Assembly (NCBI GenBank): GCA_963700145.1
Contig: OY969474.1
Coordinates: 1,056,001-1,120,000 of the forward strand
Reading direction: 5' to 3'
DNA from: an uncultured Acidobacteriota bacterium
GTDB lineage: Bacteria > Acidobacteriota > Thermoanaerobaculia > Multivoradales > UBA5704
Length of the DNA stretch: 64,000 bases
The translations under genes were made by a program, and so were the position numbers. Each line of letters begins with the position of its first letter. Position 1 is the stretch's first letter. Positions 19,437 to 29,584 of this stretch are shown piece by piece. A model generated the notes under the pieces. The model had not been told where the DNA came from, did no database searches, and saw only the letters and a list, made by a program, of their open reading frames with translations.

Positions 19437-21434
19437 CTACGAGCCCGACTGGGAAGGATCTTGCGGCAACGGGAGCTGCAGCGACGGGAGGTAGGCACCC
19501 TGCTCCTTCGCACCGAAGAGGTGCTCGTAGAGCTGGATGCTGCCGAATGCCCTGCCGAGCTGGCCGAGGAAAAAGAGCAAGACATTGGGCGCGGAAGCGA
19601 AGAGGTGGAGCGTCGCCGAGCGCTCCTCGGGCATCCGCTGGCGGATGCGATAGCTGATGTCATGCGCGAGCTGCAAGGCGTGGAGGCCGTCGGTAACGCC
19701 GGTCGGATTCGGCTTCGGGTAAAGGGACCTTGGAATGACACGGCCCACCGCGGCCCCGGAGTCTCGGAGGTAGTGCGTGACGTCGTCGATTACGGGCCAG
19801 GTCACTCCGACCGCCATCGCGACGTCGAGCTCCGCACCGAGCCAAATGTCCTCCTCCTCGTTCCAGAGCGGCCCTTGGCGCGCCGGCCCAGCCTCGGCTC
19901 GCCAGAGCTGTGGTTTGCCGACCTGACCCTTTTGGTAGAGCGCGATGTCCAGGCCCGATTTCGCCTCCAGGCAGTACCCGGCAGCGAAGGCGAGTGTGGA
20001 ATGGGCCGCGAAGTCGAGGACGATGGGGCGGCCTGGACGTTTGTGGCGGAGTAGAAACTCCCGGAGCTGCGGGAAAACCTCCTCTTGCCAAAGCCGGTGC
20101 TCGCGGATCTTGCGGCCATCGAAGTAGGGCCGGAGATCCAACAGGTCGTCGGGCTTTTCGATAGAGATGAAGGGATCAGGGAAGCTCCAGATGGAGAGCT
20201 GGAGCGGCGGCTCCTCGCGCGGTGTGCGCTTGCTGCGGGTTGTCTCGCCGGCGCCTTCGCTCCGCGCGCCCCGGCTCTTGCTGAAGTCGAAGAGTTGACC
20301 GTCTCCCGGCAGGAAGAGGACCGGCGTGGTCCACTCCAGGGAGTCCCTGTGGTCAGCCAGGATGGCGAGTCGGCCCTCGGTCACGGCCTCCTCCACCGGC
20401 TCACCGGCGGCGAGGCTCTCGTAGAACGCGGCGCTGAACTCGATGGCCGCCCGATCGGAGATCGGGAACTGCATGGCGACCGTGGCCGGGATGTCACGCA
20501 GCATCAGCGAGACCGCCACGCCGGTAAATGGGTCCTTCGATGGCTGCGGCGGGACGGCGCCGCTCCAGCACGAGTTGAGCACGACCAGCCGCAGGTCCCG
20601 CACGTCCTTGAGGAACTCGGCGAAGAACTCACCCGGGACGGCCTCGGCTTCGTGCTGCGCGCCTTCGAAGTACAAACCGAACCGTTCGCGGCCGTTCTCG
20701 AGACGCCCGCCATGACCCATGAAATGAACGATCTGGTAGGGGTGCTTCTTCACCATGCGGCGAAGTTTCCGCACGTCAGGGTGGGTGAAAACGTCCACCG
20801 CGATGTCGGTGCGCCCCCGCAGTGCCTTCTTGATCCGCATCCGTTCCTTGCGCGTGTCGAGCGTATCGAGGCCCTTGGGGGCTGAGTCGATGAGAAGCAC
20901 CCGCAGAGGAGGACGCGCCGGCGCGGGGTCGGGCGCGTGGCGCACGGTGAGCGAGCGCACCACGGGAACGCGGGTGTCCCGGGCAAGGAAAACACCGTCG
21001 TCGAGCAACAACTCCCAGGGCAACGTCGCGATGGGCGCGAAGTCCTCACCCGGGTCGAAGCTCAGGCGGAGCCTGAGCCCGTGCCGCGACCGCGCGCGGC
21101 GGTCCTGCACCGGCGCCATGCTCTGCCTGTAGCGGTCCCGCACCTGACCCGCGAACAGGGCCGCGAAGAGCTTGCCGCCGATGTCGTGCTCAGTCCGCGG
21201 GGAAAGTTTCGGCGCGGATTTCCGCACGCGCATCGCGTCCCGCCAGGCAGGCGAGCTGCGGAGGACGCGCCGCTCGAGCGTCGAGAGCAGCTCGGATCTC
21301 TCGGCCTCGTCGAACGGTGGGTGAAACGGCGAATCCGCCGGCCCGAAGGGCGACCTGACCACGCGAGCCTCGTAGCCGCCTCCTTGGACCGACCGCACCT
21401 CGATCTCGAACTCGTCGTAGGACCTCTTGCTCAT
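19437..21434 (-). CDS. CHAT protease - SAVED cyclic-oligonucleotide sensor fusion
   Basis: CHAT: 'LPWELL', 'VHFMGHG', 'VVLNSCWSG', 'VAMQFPISD'; SAVED: 'LDFAAHSTLAFAAGY', 'LHLFASAPNVLLFFLGQ', 'IQLYE'; ATG 2 nt after cas6 stop. Confidence 0.88.
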   Translation of the reverse strand: MSKRSYDEFEIEVRSVQGGGYEARVVRSPFGPADSPFHPPFDEAERSELLSTLERRVLRSSPAWRDAMRVRKSAPKLSPRTEHDIGGKLFAALFAGQVRDRYRQSMAPVQDRRARSRHGLRLRLSFDPGEDFAPIATLPWELLLDDGVFLARDTRVPVVRSLTVRHAPDPAPARPPLRVLLIDSAPKGLDTLDTRKERMRIKKALRGRTDIAVDVFTHPDVRKLRRMVKKHPYQIVHFMGHGGRLENGRERFGLYFEGAQHEAEAVPGEFFAEFLKDVRDLRLVVLNSCWSGAVPPQPSKDPFTGVAVSLMLRDIPATVAMQFPISDRAAIEFSAAFYESLAAGEPVEEAVTEGRLAILADHRDSLEWTTPVLFLPGDGQLFDFSKSRGARSEGAGETTRSKRTPREEPPLQLSIWSFPDPFISIEKPDDLLDLRPYFDGRKIREHRLWQEEVFPQLREFLLRHKRPGRPIVLDFAAHSTLAFAAGYCLEAKSGLDIALYQKGQVGKPQLWRAEAGPARQGPLWNEEEDIWLGAELDVAMAVGVTWPVIDDVTHYLRDSGAAVGRVIPRSLYPKPNPTGVTDGLHALQLAHDISYRIRQRMPEERSATLHLFASAPNVLLFFLGQLGRAFGSIQLYEHLFGAKEQGAYLPSLQLPLPQDPSQSGS

Positions 21435-21436
21435 CG

Positions 21437-22441
21437 TCAGGCCTCCAGCACCATCTTCCCGAGCCCGAACGTCGTCCCCTTCCCCACGTGCAGCACCTCG
21501 GCCGTCCGGAGCAGTGGCGCGAACGGCGCGAGGTCCCCTTCGAGGGTGAGCGTTCCCAGGAACCCACCGAGCGCGATCTTCGTTCCCTGCCGCTGGCTGA
21601 AGCGCTCCCAGTCGTGCCAATGAAGGTCCGCAGCGGCGATCTCGACGTTCGAGGAGCGGGCGAGCAGTGGCGCGAAGGCCCAATCGAGGTCGGCCCCCGG
21701 GACGTAGAAGTGAGCCAGCTCGAGAAGGCGCCGCAGCATCGAGAAGGCGAGGGCGCGGAAGCCCGGGGCCTGGGCCAACTGCCCCCGCACCTTCAGGCGC
21801 GTCGGCGTGGCGAACCGCAGCGTGGCCCGCCCATTCGCGGCACCGCCGCTCCCCTCTCCCGCCACCTGCAGCGCCGGCATCGACCCGGCGACGAAGGACC
21901 CTCCGGAGAAGAGCGGCTGCCAGCCGCTGCCTTCCGCGGCCGGTACGGCGGCCTCCTCCAAGACGAAGCGCGCCCGGCGCCACCCGAGCCCCGTCGTCGC
22001 CATCCGCTCCACCGCCAGCAGCACGTAGGCGGCGAGGTCCGCAGCGCAACCGAAGAGCAGAAGGTCGAGCTCGAGCGGGTCACCCGGGGCGAAGTCGGTG
22101 CGGCCGCTCCGGGGCTCGATGACATAGGGCCGCGGCGGCGTCGGCAGGCCGCGGAGGAACGGCGGCGGCTCCTCCTCGATGAAGGTCTCGAACAGCCGCG
22201 TATAGACGCAGGCGCGGCGAAGCGGGCAAGTGACGCAGGGCTGAGCCGGCCCCATCGCGCAAACGGAGCGACGGAGGGCGTTGCCGAAGGCGCCGCGCAG
22301 GAGCGAGCCGTGGTAGGGCGGCAGATGCGCGGGCTCCAGCGCGCGCAGGGTGCAGCGGAGCCGCAGGTACGGAATGCGCGGCAGCAGGTACGGCGCGACC
22401 TCGGGAACAGACCGCTCGCCGCCGAGCGCGAGTGCTTCCAT
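21437..22441 (-). CDS. cas6: Cas6 crRNA-processing endoribonuclease
   Basis: 'GSLLRGAFG', Cys cluster, 'FATPTRL', 'WERFSQRQ', G-loop 'HVGKGTTFGLG'. Confidence 0.92.
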   Translation of the reverse strand: MEALALGGERSVPEVAPYLLPRIPYLRLRCTLRALEPAHLPPYHGSLLRGAFGNALRRSVCAMGPAQPCVTCPLRRACVYTRLFETFIEEEPPPFLRGLPTPPRPYVIEPRSGRTDFAPGDPLELDLLLFGCAADLAAYVLLAVERMATTGLGWRRARFVLEEAAVPAAEGSGWQPLFSGGSFVAGSMPALQVAGEGSGGAANGRATLRFATPTRLKVRGQLAQAPGFRALAFSMLRRLLELAHFYVPGADLDWAFAPLLARSSNVEIAAADLHWHDWERFSQRQGTKIALGGFLGTLTLEGDLAPFAPLLRTAEVLHVGKGTTFGLGKMVLEA

Positions 22442-22490
22442 GCCAGAGAAGACACCACCCCGCGACGTTTAGGGGAGAACCACCAGCGGC

Positions 22491-22902
22491 CGCGCAACCC
22501 CTCCGTGCTGATCAGGTCGTTTCCTCCCGACGAAGCGAACGTCCCTTTGAGCGCAGCCGCCGCAGTCGCAATCCCGCCGTGCTGATCAGGTCGCTTCCTT
22601 CTGGGAGCTTGTCATTCCAAGTGGCCAGGCTCCAACCTTCATCGCGTCGCAATCCCTCCGTGCTGATCAGGTCGTTTCCTCCCAGGATCTTCCAGACATT
22701 CCGTCGCAGGCTTTCCTCCACCTCCTCGAGGTCGCAATCCCTCCGTGCTGATCAGGTCGTTTCCTCCACGAGTGGTGGCCGATCGGCTGGCCGATCCGCA
22801 ACCGCGTGTCGCAATCCCTCCGTGCTGATCAGGTCGTTTCCTCCACGAGTGGTGGCCGATCGGCTGGCCGATCCGCAACCGCGTGTCGCAATCCCTCCGT
22901 GC
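22491..22902 (-). CRISPR. CRISPR array 1, trailer segment (6 repeats, last split by IS256)
   Basis: 37-bp repeat GTCGCAATCCCTCCGTGCTGATCAGGTCGTTTCC(G/T)CC on + strand; minus orientation inferred from ATTGCGAC 3' end, cas gene direction and leader of array 2. Confidence 0.95.
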
Positions 22903-24361
22903 GGGGATGCCCCGTTCCCTGTTGAAAGCCGAAAGAGGGAAAGCGGCTCGGTTGATCATGCCACGGCCTTGGTGTTCGTCGGTTCCTCGATCGCCGCGAG
23001 CGCGAGCTCGAGAGCCCCGAGGTGCCGATGTCCCTTGACACGCCGGAAGCCAGCCTCCGCGTCACACAGCGCCAGGGCGACCCAGCGCAGCACCATGTCG
23101 CCGCCGCGCCAGCGCTTGACGTTGCGCGTCGTCGTACGGATCGAGCCGATCGTGTTCTCGATCGCGTTGGTCGAGGCGAGCAACCGGCGCAGAGCGTCGG
23201 GCAGCTTCAGCCGCAAGGCGGTGAGGGTCTCGTCGAGGCCCTCGCGCAGGCTGCCCGCGGCGCCCGCGTGGCCTGCGTGCTCGAGCCAGCGGGCAAGCTG
23301 CTCGAGGCGACGCTTGGCGAGGTCGAAGCGAGCGCTCTGGTAGGCCTCGACCATCAGGCGGTCGACCCGGGCTTGGAGCTGCTTGGGCAGGTGGTCGCGG
23401 ACGTTGCGGCGCTTGTGGAGCTGGCAGCGCTGGACGTGGGTTGCGTCCCCGAAGACGGCGCGCACGGCCTTGCGCAGCCCCTTGCCGCCGTCGAGCACCG
23501 CCAAGAAGCGCGGCGGCATCGCGAGGCCTCGCTCCAACAGCTCCTGGAGCAGGCCGGTACAGAGCGCCGCGTTCTCCGTCGCGCCTTCACGCAGGCCGAG
23601 CACCCGCTTGGTCCCGTCGCGCGCGATGCCGAGTGCCACCACCAGGGTGTGGCCGGCCACCTCCAGCCCGTCGATCATCAGGATCAGGGGCTGGAAGTCC
23701 GACAGGTCTCGGCGCAGCCACGCGCCCAGCAGACGACGCGTCCCCGCCACCAGCCGGCGCTGGACCGCACTCTTGCTCGTCGCGCGCTCCGGCACCGACT
23801 CTGCGAGCGGCTCCAAGCTCCGACCGTAGCGGCGCTGCGAGACGCCGACCAGCGCCTGCTCGATCACCCGCTCCGTGAAGGGATCTTCGTCCTGAAAGGC
23901 GCGCACCGAAGGCAAGCTCATCTCGCCACCGTCGCGTCGCCGGACGCGCGGTCGCGGCAGCGCCACCTGGCGGCCACCCAGCACGAACTCGCTCGCCGTC
24001 GAGCCCCAGCGGTACGCCTCGCGGGTCGGATTGCGCCGACGCTTCGGACCGACGACGGCCTCGACCTCGTCCGCGAGCTGCCGCCCCAGGGCCTCGACGC
24101 CCGCGGCGTGAAACAGCTCCAGCAGCCCCTGGCGGCTGGCCTCGATGCCCTCGACCATCGGCCGCAGCAGCGCTTGTAGCCCGTGGCTGATGCGCGCCGC
24201 ACGGCCCCCTTGCCACACCACCCGCCTTTCTGCTCTCGTCTTCATCACGGCTCCTTGGCCCCCTGGCGGGGCCGGTTATTCGACCAACCCGATTCTCGAT
24301 CAGGTGGGCCGAGGAGCCGCCTTCACCTCATTGCTCTTTCAACAGCGGGAGGGACAACCCC
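22903..24361 (-). mobile_element. IS256-family element, copy 1 (1459 bp)
   Basis: Imperfect IRs GGGGATGCCCCGTTCCCTGTTGAAAG / GGGGTTGTCCCTCCCGCTGTTGAAAG; 9-bp DR CCTCCGTGC inside a repeat. Confidence 0.93.
22956..24248 (-). CDS. IS256-family (Mutator) transposase
   Basis: 'MIDG', 'VLDGGKGL', 'QRCQLHKRRN', 'STNAIE'. Confidence 0.92.
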   Translation of the reverse strand: MMKTRAERRVVWQGGRAARISHGLQALLRPMVEGIEASRQGLLELFHAAGVEALGRQLADEVEAVVGPKRRRNPTREAYRWGSTASEFVLGGRQVALPRPRVRRRDGGEMSLPSVRAFQDEDPFTERVIEQALVGVSQRRYGRSLEPLAESVPERATSKSAVQRRLVAGTRRLLGAWLRRDLSDFQPLILMIDGLEVAGHTLVVALGIARDGTKRVLGLREGATENAALCTGLLQELLERGLAMPPRFLAVLDGGKGLRKAVRAVFGDATHVQRCQLHKRRNVRDHLPKQLQARVDRLMVEAYQSARFDLAKRRLEQLARWLEHAGHAGAAGSLREGLDETLTALRLKLPDALRRLLASTNAIENTIGSIRTTTRNVKRWRGGDMVLRWVALALCDAEAGFRRVKGHRHLGALELALAAIEEPTNTKAVA

Positions 24362-27300
24362 CCTCCGTGCTGATCAGGTCGTTTCCTCCGTAGTCCACGG
24401 GATTCGCGGTACAGATGGCAGCCTGAAAGGTCGCAATCCCTCCGTGCTGATCAGGTCGTTTCCGCCGCCGCCGGCTCCGGCAAGCGGCTCGTGTCCCAGG
24501 CCACCGAGTCGCAATCCCTCCGTGCTGATCAGGTCGTTTCCGCCTTCTCCTCGCTCTGCTTCGTAGAGGCCGCTGACATCGTCGCAATCCCTCCGTGCTG
24601 ATCAGGTCGTTTCCGCCTGGGATGCTGTGGATCGCGCTTCTCCAGATCCCACTGAACCTGTCGCAATCCCTCCGTGCTGATCAGGTCGTTTCCGCCCGTT
24701 CTACATGATCGGTTTCCTGATGGCCATGTCGTTCGTAGTCGCAATCCCTCCGTGCTGATCAGGTCGTTTCCGCCGGACAGTGCAGAGCCTGTTCTACCTT
24801 CTGCCAGAAGAGAGTCGCAATCCCTCCGTGCTGATCAGGTCGTTTCCGCCCACCCCGCACCGCATCATCCGCCCCCTCTCCGAGCTGCCGACGTCGCAAT
24901 CCCTCCGTGCTGATCAGGTCGTTTCCGCCTGCGACGGGAAGTGGGAGTGGTTCTGGACTCCTCAAAGAAAGTCGCAATCCCTCCGTGCTGATCAGGTCGT
25001 TTCCGCCGAAAGACATGACGGTGCTATTTCCCACCGATCTGATGAAGAAGTCGCAATCCCTCCGTGCTGATCAGGTCGTTTCCGCCCGACAGTCGCTGGA
25101 ACTCATTCGAAAGCTGGTCTTAAGGTCGCAATCCCTCCGTGCTGATCAGGTCGTTTCCGCCGCCCTCACGGCCCGCGAGTTGGCGGTCCAGCTCAAGAGT
25201 CGCAATCCCTCCGTGCTGATCAGGTCGTTTCCGCCGGTTCCTCTACAGGACCTACGTGATCAACACCATCAAGAGTCGCAATCCCTCCGTGCTGATCAGG
25301 TCGTTTCCGCCCAAGCCGAGAGGCGGCCGCACCACATCGGCGCATCCGAGATCGTCGCAATCCCTCCGTGCTGATCAGGTCGTTTCCGCCGTCGTCACAG
25401 CCGGACCTGACCTTCGAAGTCCTGCGCGGTGTCGCAATCCCTCCGTGCTGATCAGGTCGTTTCCGCCGCTCCGGGGGCGCCCCCACCTCCACCAACACGG
25501 CGTACGTCAAGAAAGTCGCAATCCCTCCGTGCTGATCAGGTCGTTTCCGCCCAACTTGGACGACGACGCTGGGCGCTGCCCGCCGGCTGGCGTCGCAATC
25601 CCTCCGTGCTGATCAGGTCGTTTCCGCCGGTAAGGTTCCAGGTGATTCATTTGCCCGTGACCGCCCACGAGGTCGCAATCCCTCCGTGCTGATCAGGTCG
25701 TTTCCGCCCACAAGGTCGAGCAGTCCGGCGAGTCGATGGGGGGCGACATCCTCGTCGCAATCCCTCCGTGCTGATCAGGTCGTTTCCGCCGGACTGGTCG
25801 CGTGGCGGCGACGCCATCGTCGTCCTCCGCGTCGCAATCCCTCCGTGCTGATCAGGTCGTTTCCGCCAGCGCTGCAGGCGTACGAGGAAGACTATCGCAG
25901 AGCCATGGGTCGCAATCCCTCCGTGCTGATCAGGTCGTTTCCGCCAAATCACACTGATGTCTCAGCAATTCCCCCGTGCTGATCGGGTCGTTTCCGCCGG
26001 TCTACTGCGACGATCAGTACACCTACGCTTACGACGAGTCGCAATCCCTCCGTGCTGATCAGGTCGTTTCCGCCTATCTCAACCGATCTCCGGCTACCTC
26101 CAAAGTTCTCTTCGTCGCAATCCCTCCGTGCTGATCAGGTCGTTTCCGCCACCAACTACAACTCGAGCGGCGTCCGCGCCGCGCCGATCAAGAGTCGCAA
26201 TCCCTCCGTGCTGATCAGGTCGTTTCCGCCGATTCCCGCGACCACCCAAGCCGAGGGGCCCAAGCAGAGTCGCAATCCCTCCGTGCTGATCAGGTCGTTT
26301 CCGCCCCGCTGCCGGAACCATTGTGGTGGACGCATCGCTCAGGTACCACAAGTCGCAATCCCTCCGTGCTGATCAGGTCGTTTCCGCCGGCGGTGGCGAG
26401 GGATCGCCAGCGCACCATCGAGCGGCAGAAGTCGCAATCCCTCCGTGCTGATCAGGTCGCTTCCGCCGTCCTCCTGCTCGCCGGGTGCGCGACGGGAGCG
26501 CCGGCGTCGCAATCCCTCCGTGCTGATCAGGTCGTTTCCGCCGGTGCCGGGCGGACCGAGGATGCCGCCGCAGGCTACGTCGCAATCCCTCCGTGCTAAT
26601 CAGGTCGTTTCCTCCGGGCGCACCAGCATGCGTTGAGCGAGGAGTTTGCGGCGTCGCAATCCCTCCGTGCTGATCAGGTCGTTTCCTCCTTCGTGAACGC
26701 CCTAAACACGGCGTTCGCGAACAGCAGGATAAGGTCGCAATCCCTCCGTGCTGATCAGGTCGTTTCCGCTGACAAGTCGTTTGCAGTGCAGTTCCTGTCG
26801 CCATCAGCTCAAGCGCTCGTCGCAATCCCTCCGTGCTGATCAGGTCGTTTCCGCCCAGGGAGTCCCTGGCGGCGGCAGTCCCAAAGGGCCCGCTGGCCCT
26901 CGTCGCAATCCCTCCGTCCTGATCAGGTCGTTTCCGCCGGCCGCAAGTGGCTCAACGACGTCGTCACCTCCAACTCGTCGCAATCCTCCGTGCTGATCAG
27001 GTCGTTTCCGCCCACGTTGGATTACGGCCGCTACAGCGGTACAAGGACAGAAGTCGCAATCCCTCCGTGCTGATCAGGTCGTTTCCGCCCGAGAGCAGTT
27101 TCTCGCCGCTCGCCCTGGGCAGGGCATCCTGGGTCGCAATCCCTCCGTGCTGATCAGGTCGTTTCCGCCCGCCACAAGGGAAGAGGTGCTCCTGCGGTTC
27201 GCCCATGAAGAAGTCGCAATCCCCCCGTGCTGATCAGGTCGTTTCCGCCGATACCCCCCTCGGGCAGCGGCAAGGTCGCGTTCCGCAGAAGTCGCAATCC

Positions 27301-27720
27301 CTCCGTGCTGATCAGGTCGTTTCCGCCCCAGTCTTTGAAGAAATGCAATCAACTGGCATGCCGGCAGTCGCAATCCCTCCGTGCTGATCAGGTCGTTTCC
27401 GCCAGATGAGGCCCTAGCGGCCTTAACCCGGGAAGCCAAGCGTCGCAGTCGCAATCCCTCCGTGCTGATCAGGTCGTTTCCGCCGCTCGAGTGGGGCACC
27501 ACCGATATCCGGGTCAAGAAGTCGCAATCCCTCCGTGCTGATCAGGTCGTTTGCGCGGGTGATAGCCGTGCACGAACCGATGGGACTCAGCAACGGCCAA
27601 GAGCCGCAATCCCTCCGTGCTGATCAGGTCGTTTCCTCCGAGGTCTTCGCCATGAGCGAGGGCTGCAAGATGCTGGCCGAGTCGCAATCCCTCCGTGCTG
27701 ATCAGGTCGTTTCCTCCGGG
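24362..27720 (-). CRISPR. CRISPR array 1, middle segment (~43 spacers)
   Basis: Same 37-bp repeat, spacers mostly 36-48 bp; hand count. Confidence 0.97.
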
Positions 27721-29179
27721 GGGGTTGTCCCTCCCGCTGTTGAAAGAGCAATGAGGTGAAGGCGGCTCCTCGGCCCACCTGATCGAGAATCGGGTTGGTC
27801 GAATAACCGGCCCCGCCAGGGGGCCAAGGAGCCGTGATGAAGACGAGAGCAGAAAGGCGGGTGGTGTGGCAAGGGGGCCGTGCGGCGCGCATCAGCCACG
27901 GGCTACAAGCGCTGCTGCGGCCGATGGTCGAGGGCATCGAGGCCAGCCGCCAGGGGCTGCTGGAGCTGTTTCACGCCGCGGGCGTCGAGGCCCTGGGGCG
28001 GCAGCTCGCGGACGAGGTCGAGGCCGTCGTCGGTCCGAAGCGTCGGCGCAATCCGACCCGCGAGGCGTACCGCTGGGGCTCGACGGCGAGCGAGTTCGTG
28101 CTGGGTGGCCGCCAGGTGGCGCTGCCGCGACCGCGCGTCCGGCGACGCGACGGTGGCGAGATGAGCTTGCCTTCGGTGCGCGCCTTTCAGGACGAAGATC
28201 CCTTCACGGAGCGGGTGATCGAGCAGGCGCTGGTCGGCGTCTCGCAGCGCCGCTACGGTCGGAGCTTGGAGCCGCTCGCAGAGTCGGTGCCGGAGCGCGC
28301 GACGAGCAAGAGTGCGGTCCAGCGCCGGCTGGTGGCGGGGACGCGTCGTCTGCTGGGCGCGTGGCTGCGCCGAGACCTGTCGGACTTCCAGCCCCTGATC
28401 CTGATGATCGACGGGCTGGAGGTGGCCGGCCACACCCTGGTGGTGGCACTCGGCATCGCGCGCGACGGGACCAAGCGGGTGCTCGGCCTGCGTGAAGGCG
28501 CGACGGAGAACGCGGCGCTCTGTACCGGCCTGCTCCAGGAGCTGTTGGAGCGAGGCCTCGCGATGCCGCCGCGCTTCTTGGCGGTGCTCGACGGCGGCAA
28601 GGGGCTGCGCAAGGCCGTGCGCGCCGTCTTCGGGGACGCAACCCACGTCCAGCGCTGCCAGCTCCACAAGCGCCGCAACGTCCGCGACCACCTGCCCAAG
28701 CAGCTCCAAGCCCGGGTCGACCGCCTGATGGTCGAGGCCTACCAGAGCGCTCGCTTCGACCTCGCCAAGCGTCGCCTCGAGCAGCTTGCCCGCTGGCTCG
28801 AGCACGCAGGCCACGCGGGCGCCGCGGGCAGCCTGCGCGAGGGCCTCGACGAGACCCTCACCGCCTTGCGGCTGAAGCTGCCCGACGCTCTGCGCCGGTT
28901 GCTCGCCTCGACCAACGCGATCGAGAACACGATCGGCTCGATCCGTACGACGACGCGCAACGTCAAGCGCTGGCGCGGCGGCGACATGGTGCTGCGCTGG
29001 GTCGCCCTGGCGCTGTGTGACGCGGAGGCTGGCTTCCGGCGTGTCAAGGGACATCGGCACCTCGGGGCTCTCGAGCTCGCGCTCGCGGCGATCGAGGAAC
29101 CGACGAACACCAAGGCCGTGGCATGATCAACCGAGCCGCTTTCCCTCTTTCGGCTTTCAACAGGGAACGGGGCATCCCC
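27721..29179 (+). mobile_element. IS256-family element, copy 2 (1459 bp, inverted relative to copy 1)
   Basis: Same IRs; 9-bp DR TCCTCCGGG at 27712-27720 and 29180-29188. Confidence 0.93.
27834..29126 (+). CDS. IS256-family transposase (same protein as copy 1)
   Basis: Same 430-aa translation as 22956..24248. Confidence 0.92.
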   Translation: MMKTRAERRVVWQGGRAARISHGLQALLRPMVEGIEASRQGLLELFHAAGVEALGRQLADEVEAVVGPKRRRNPTREAYRWGSTASEFVLGGRQVALPRPRVRRRDGGEMSLPSVRAFQDEDPFTERVIEQALVGVSQRRYGRSLEPLAESVPERATSKSAVQRRLVAGTRRLLGAWLRRDLSDFQPLILMIDGLEVAGHTLVVALGIARDGTKRVLGLREGATENAALCTGLLQELLERGLAMPPRFLAVLDGGKGLRKAVRAVFGDATHVQRCQLHKRRNVRDHLPKQLQARVDRLMVEAYQSARFDLAKRRLEQLARWLEHAGHAGAAGSLREGLDETLTALRLKLPDALRRLLASTNAIENTIGSIRTTTRNVKRWRGGDMVLRWVALALCDAEAGFRRVKGHRHLGALELALAAIEEPTNTKAVA

Positions 29180-29582
29180 TCCTCCGGGGCCGCACGCGCG
29201 GAGCGACCGCGCCAACTCCTGGCAGTAGTCGCAATCCCTCCGTGCGGATCAGGTCGTTTCCGCCGGTTAGCAGTATGTACCGTATCCTTCGGTCGACAAA
29301 CTCTTCGTCGCAATCCCTCCGTGCTGATCAGGTCGTTTCCGCCGCAGTTGGTATTGCCTTAGCCAACATGAAAGGAGTAGATGCCGAGGTCGCAATCCCT
29401 CCGTGCTGATCAGGTCGTTTCCGCCTGCAGATCAACCCGAACGACCTGGCCAGCCTGAAGTGGGATTGGTTGCAATCCCTCCGTGCGGATCAGGTCGTTT
29501 CCGCCGTCAACGCCGCCGGCCCCAACACGCCGGGCTACTACAGAAGTCGCAATCTCTCCGTGCTGATCAGGTCGTTTTCGCC
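29180..29582 (-). CRISPR. CRISPR array 1, proximal segment (5 repeats)
   Basis: Repeats at 29228, 29307, 29389, 29469, 29546. Confidence 0.95.
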
Positions 29583-29584
29583 GA

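Noticed and set aside
22688-22701. 14-bp identity (TCTTCCAGACATTC) between spacer 3 and the ECF sigma gene (~19137-19150)
   Set aside because: Short enough to occur by chance across ~95 spacers and 64 kb; flanks mismatch; the crRNA would be same-sense as the mRNA
22903-22928. IS256 IRs contain GTTGAAAG, resembling CRISPR repeat 3' ends
   Set aside because: Does not match this locus's repeat end (ATTGCGAC); likely coincidence
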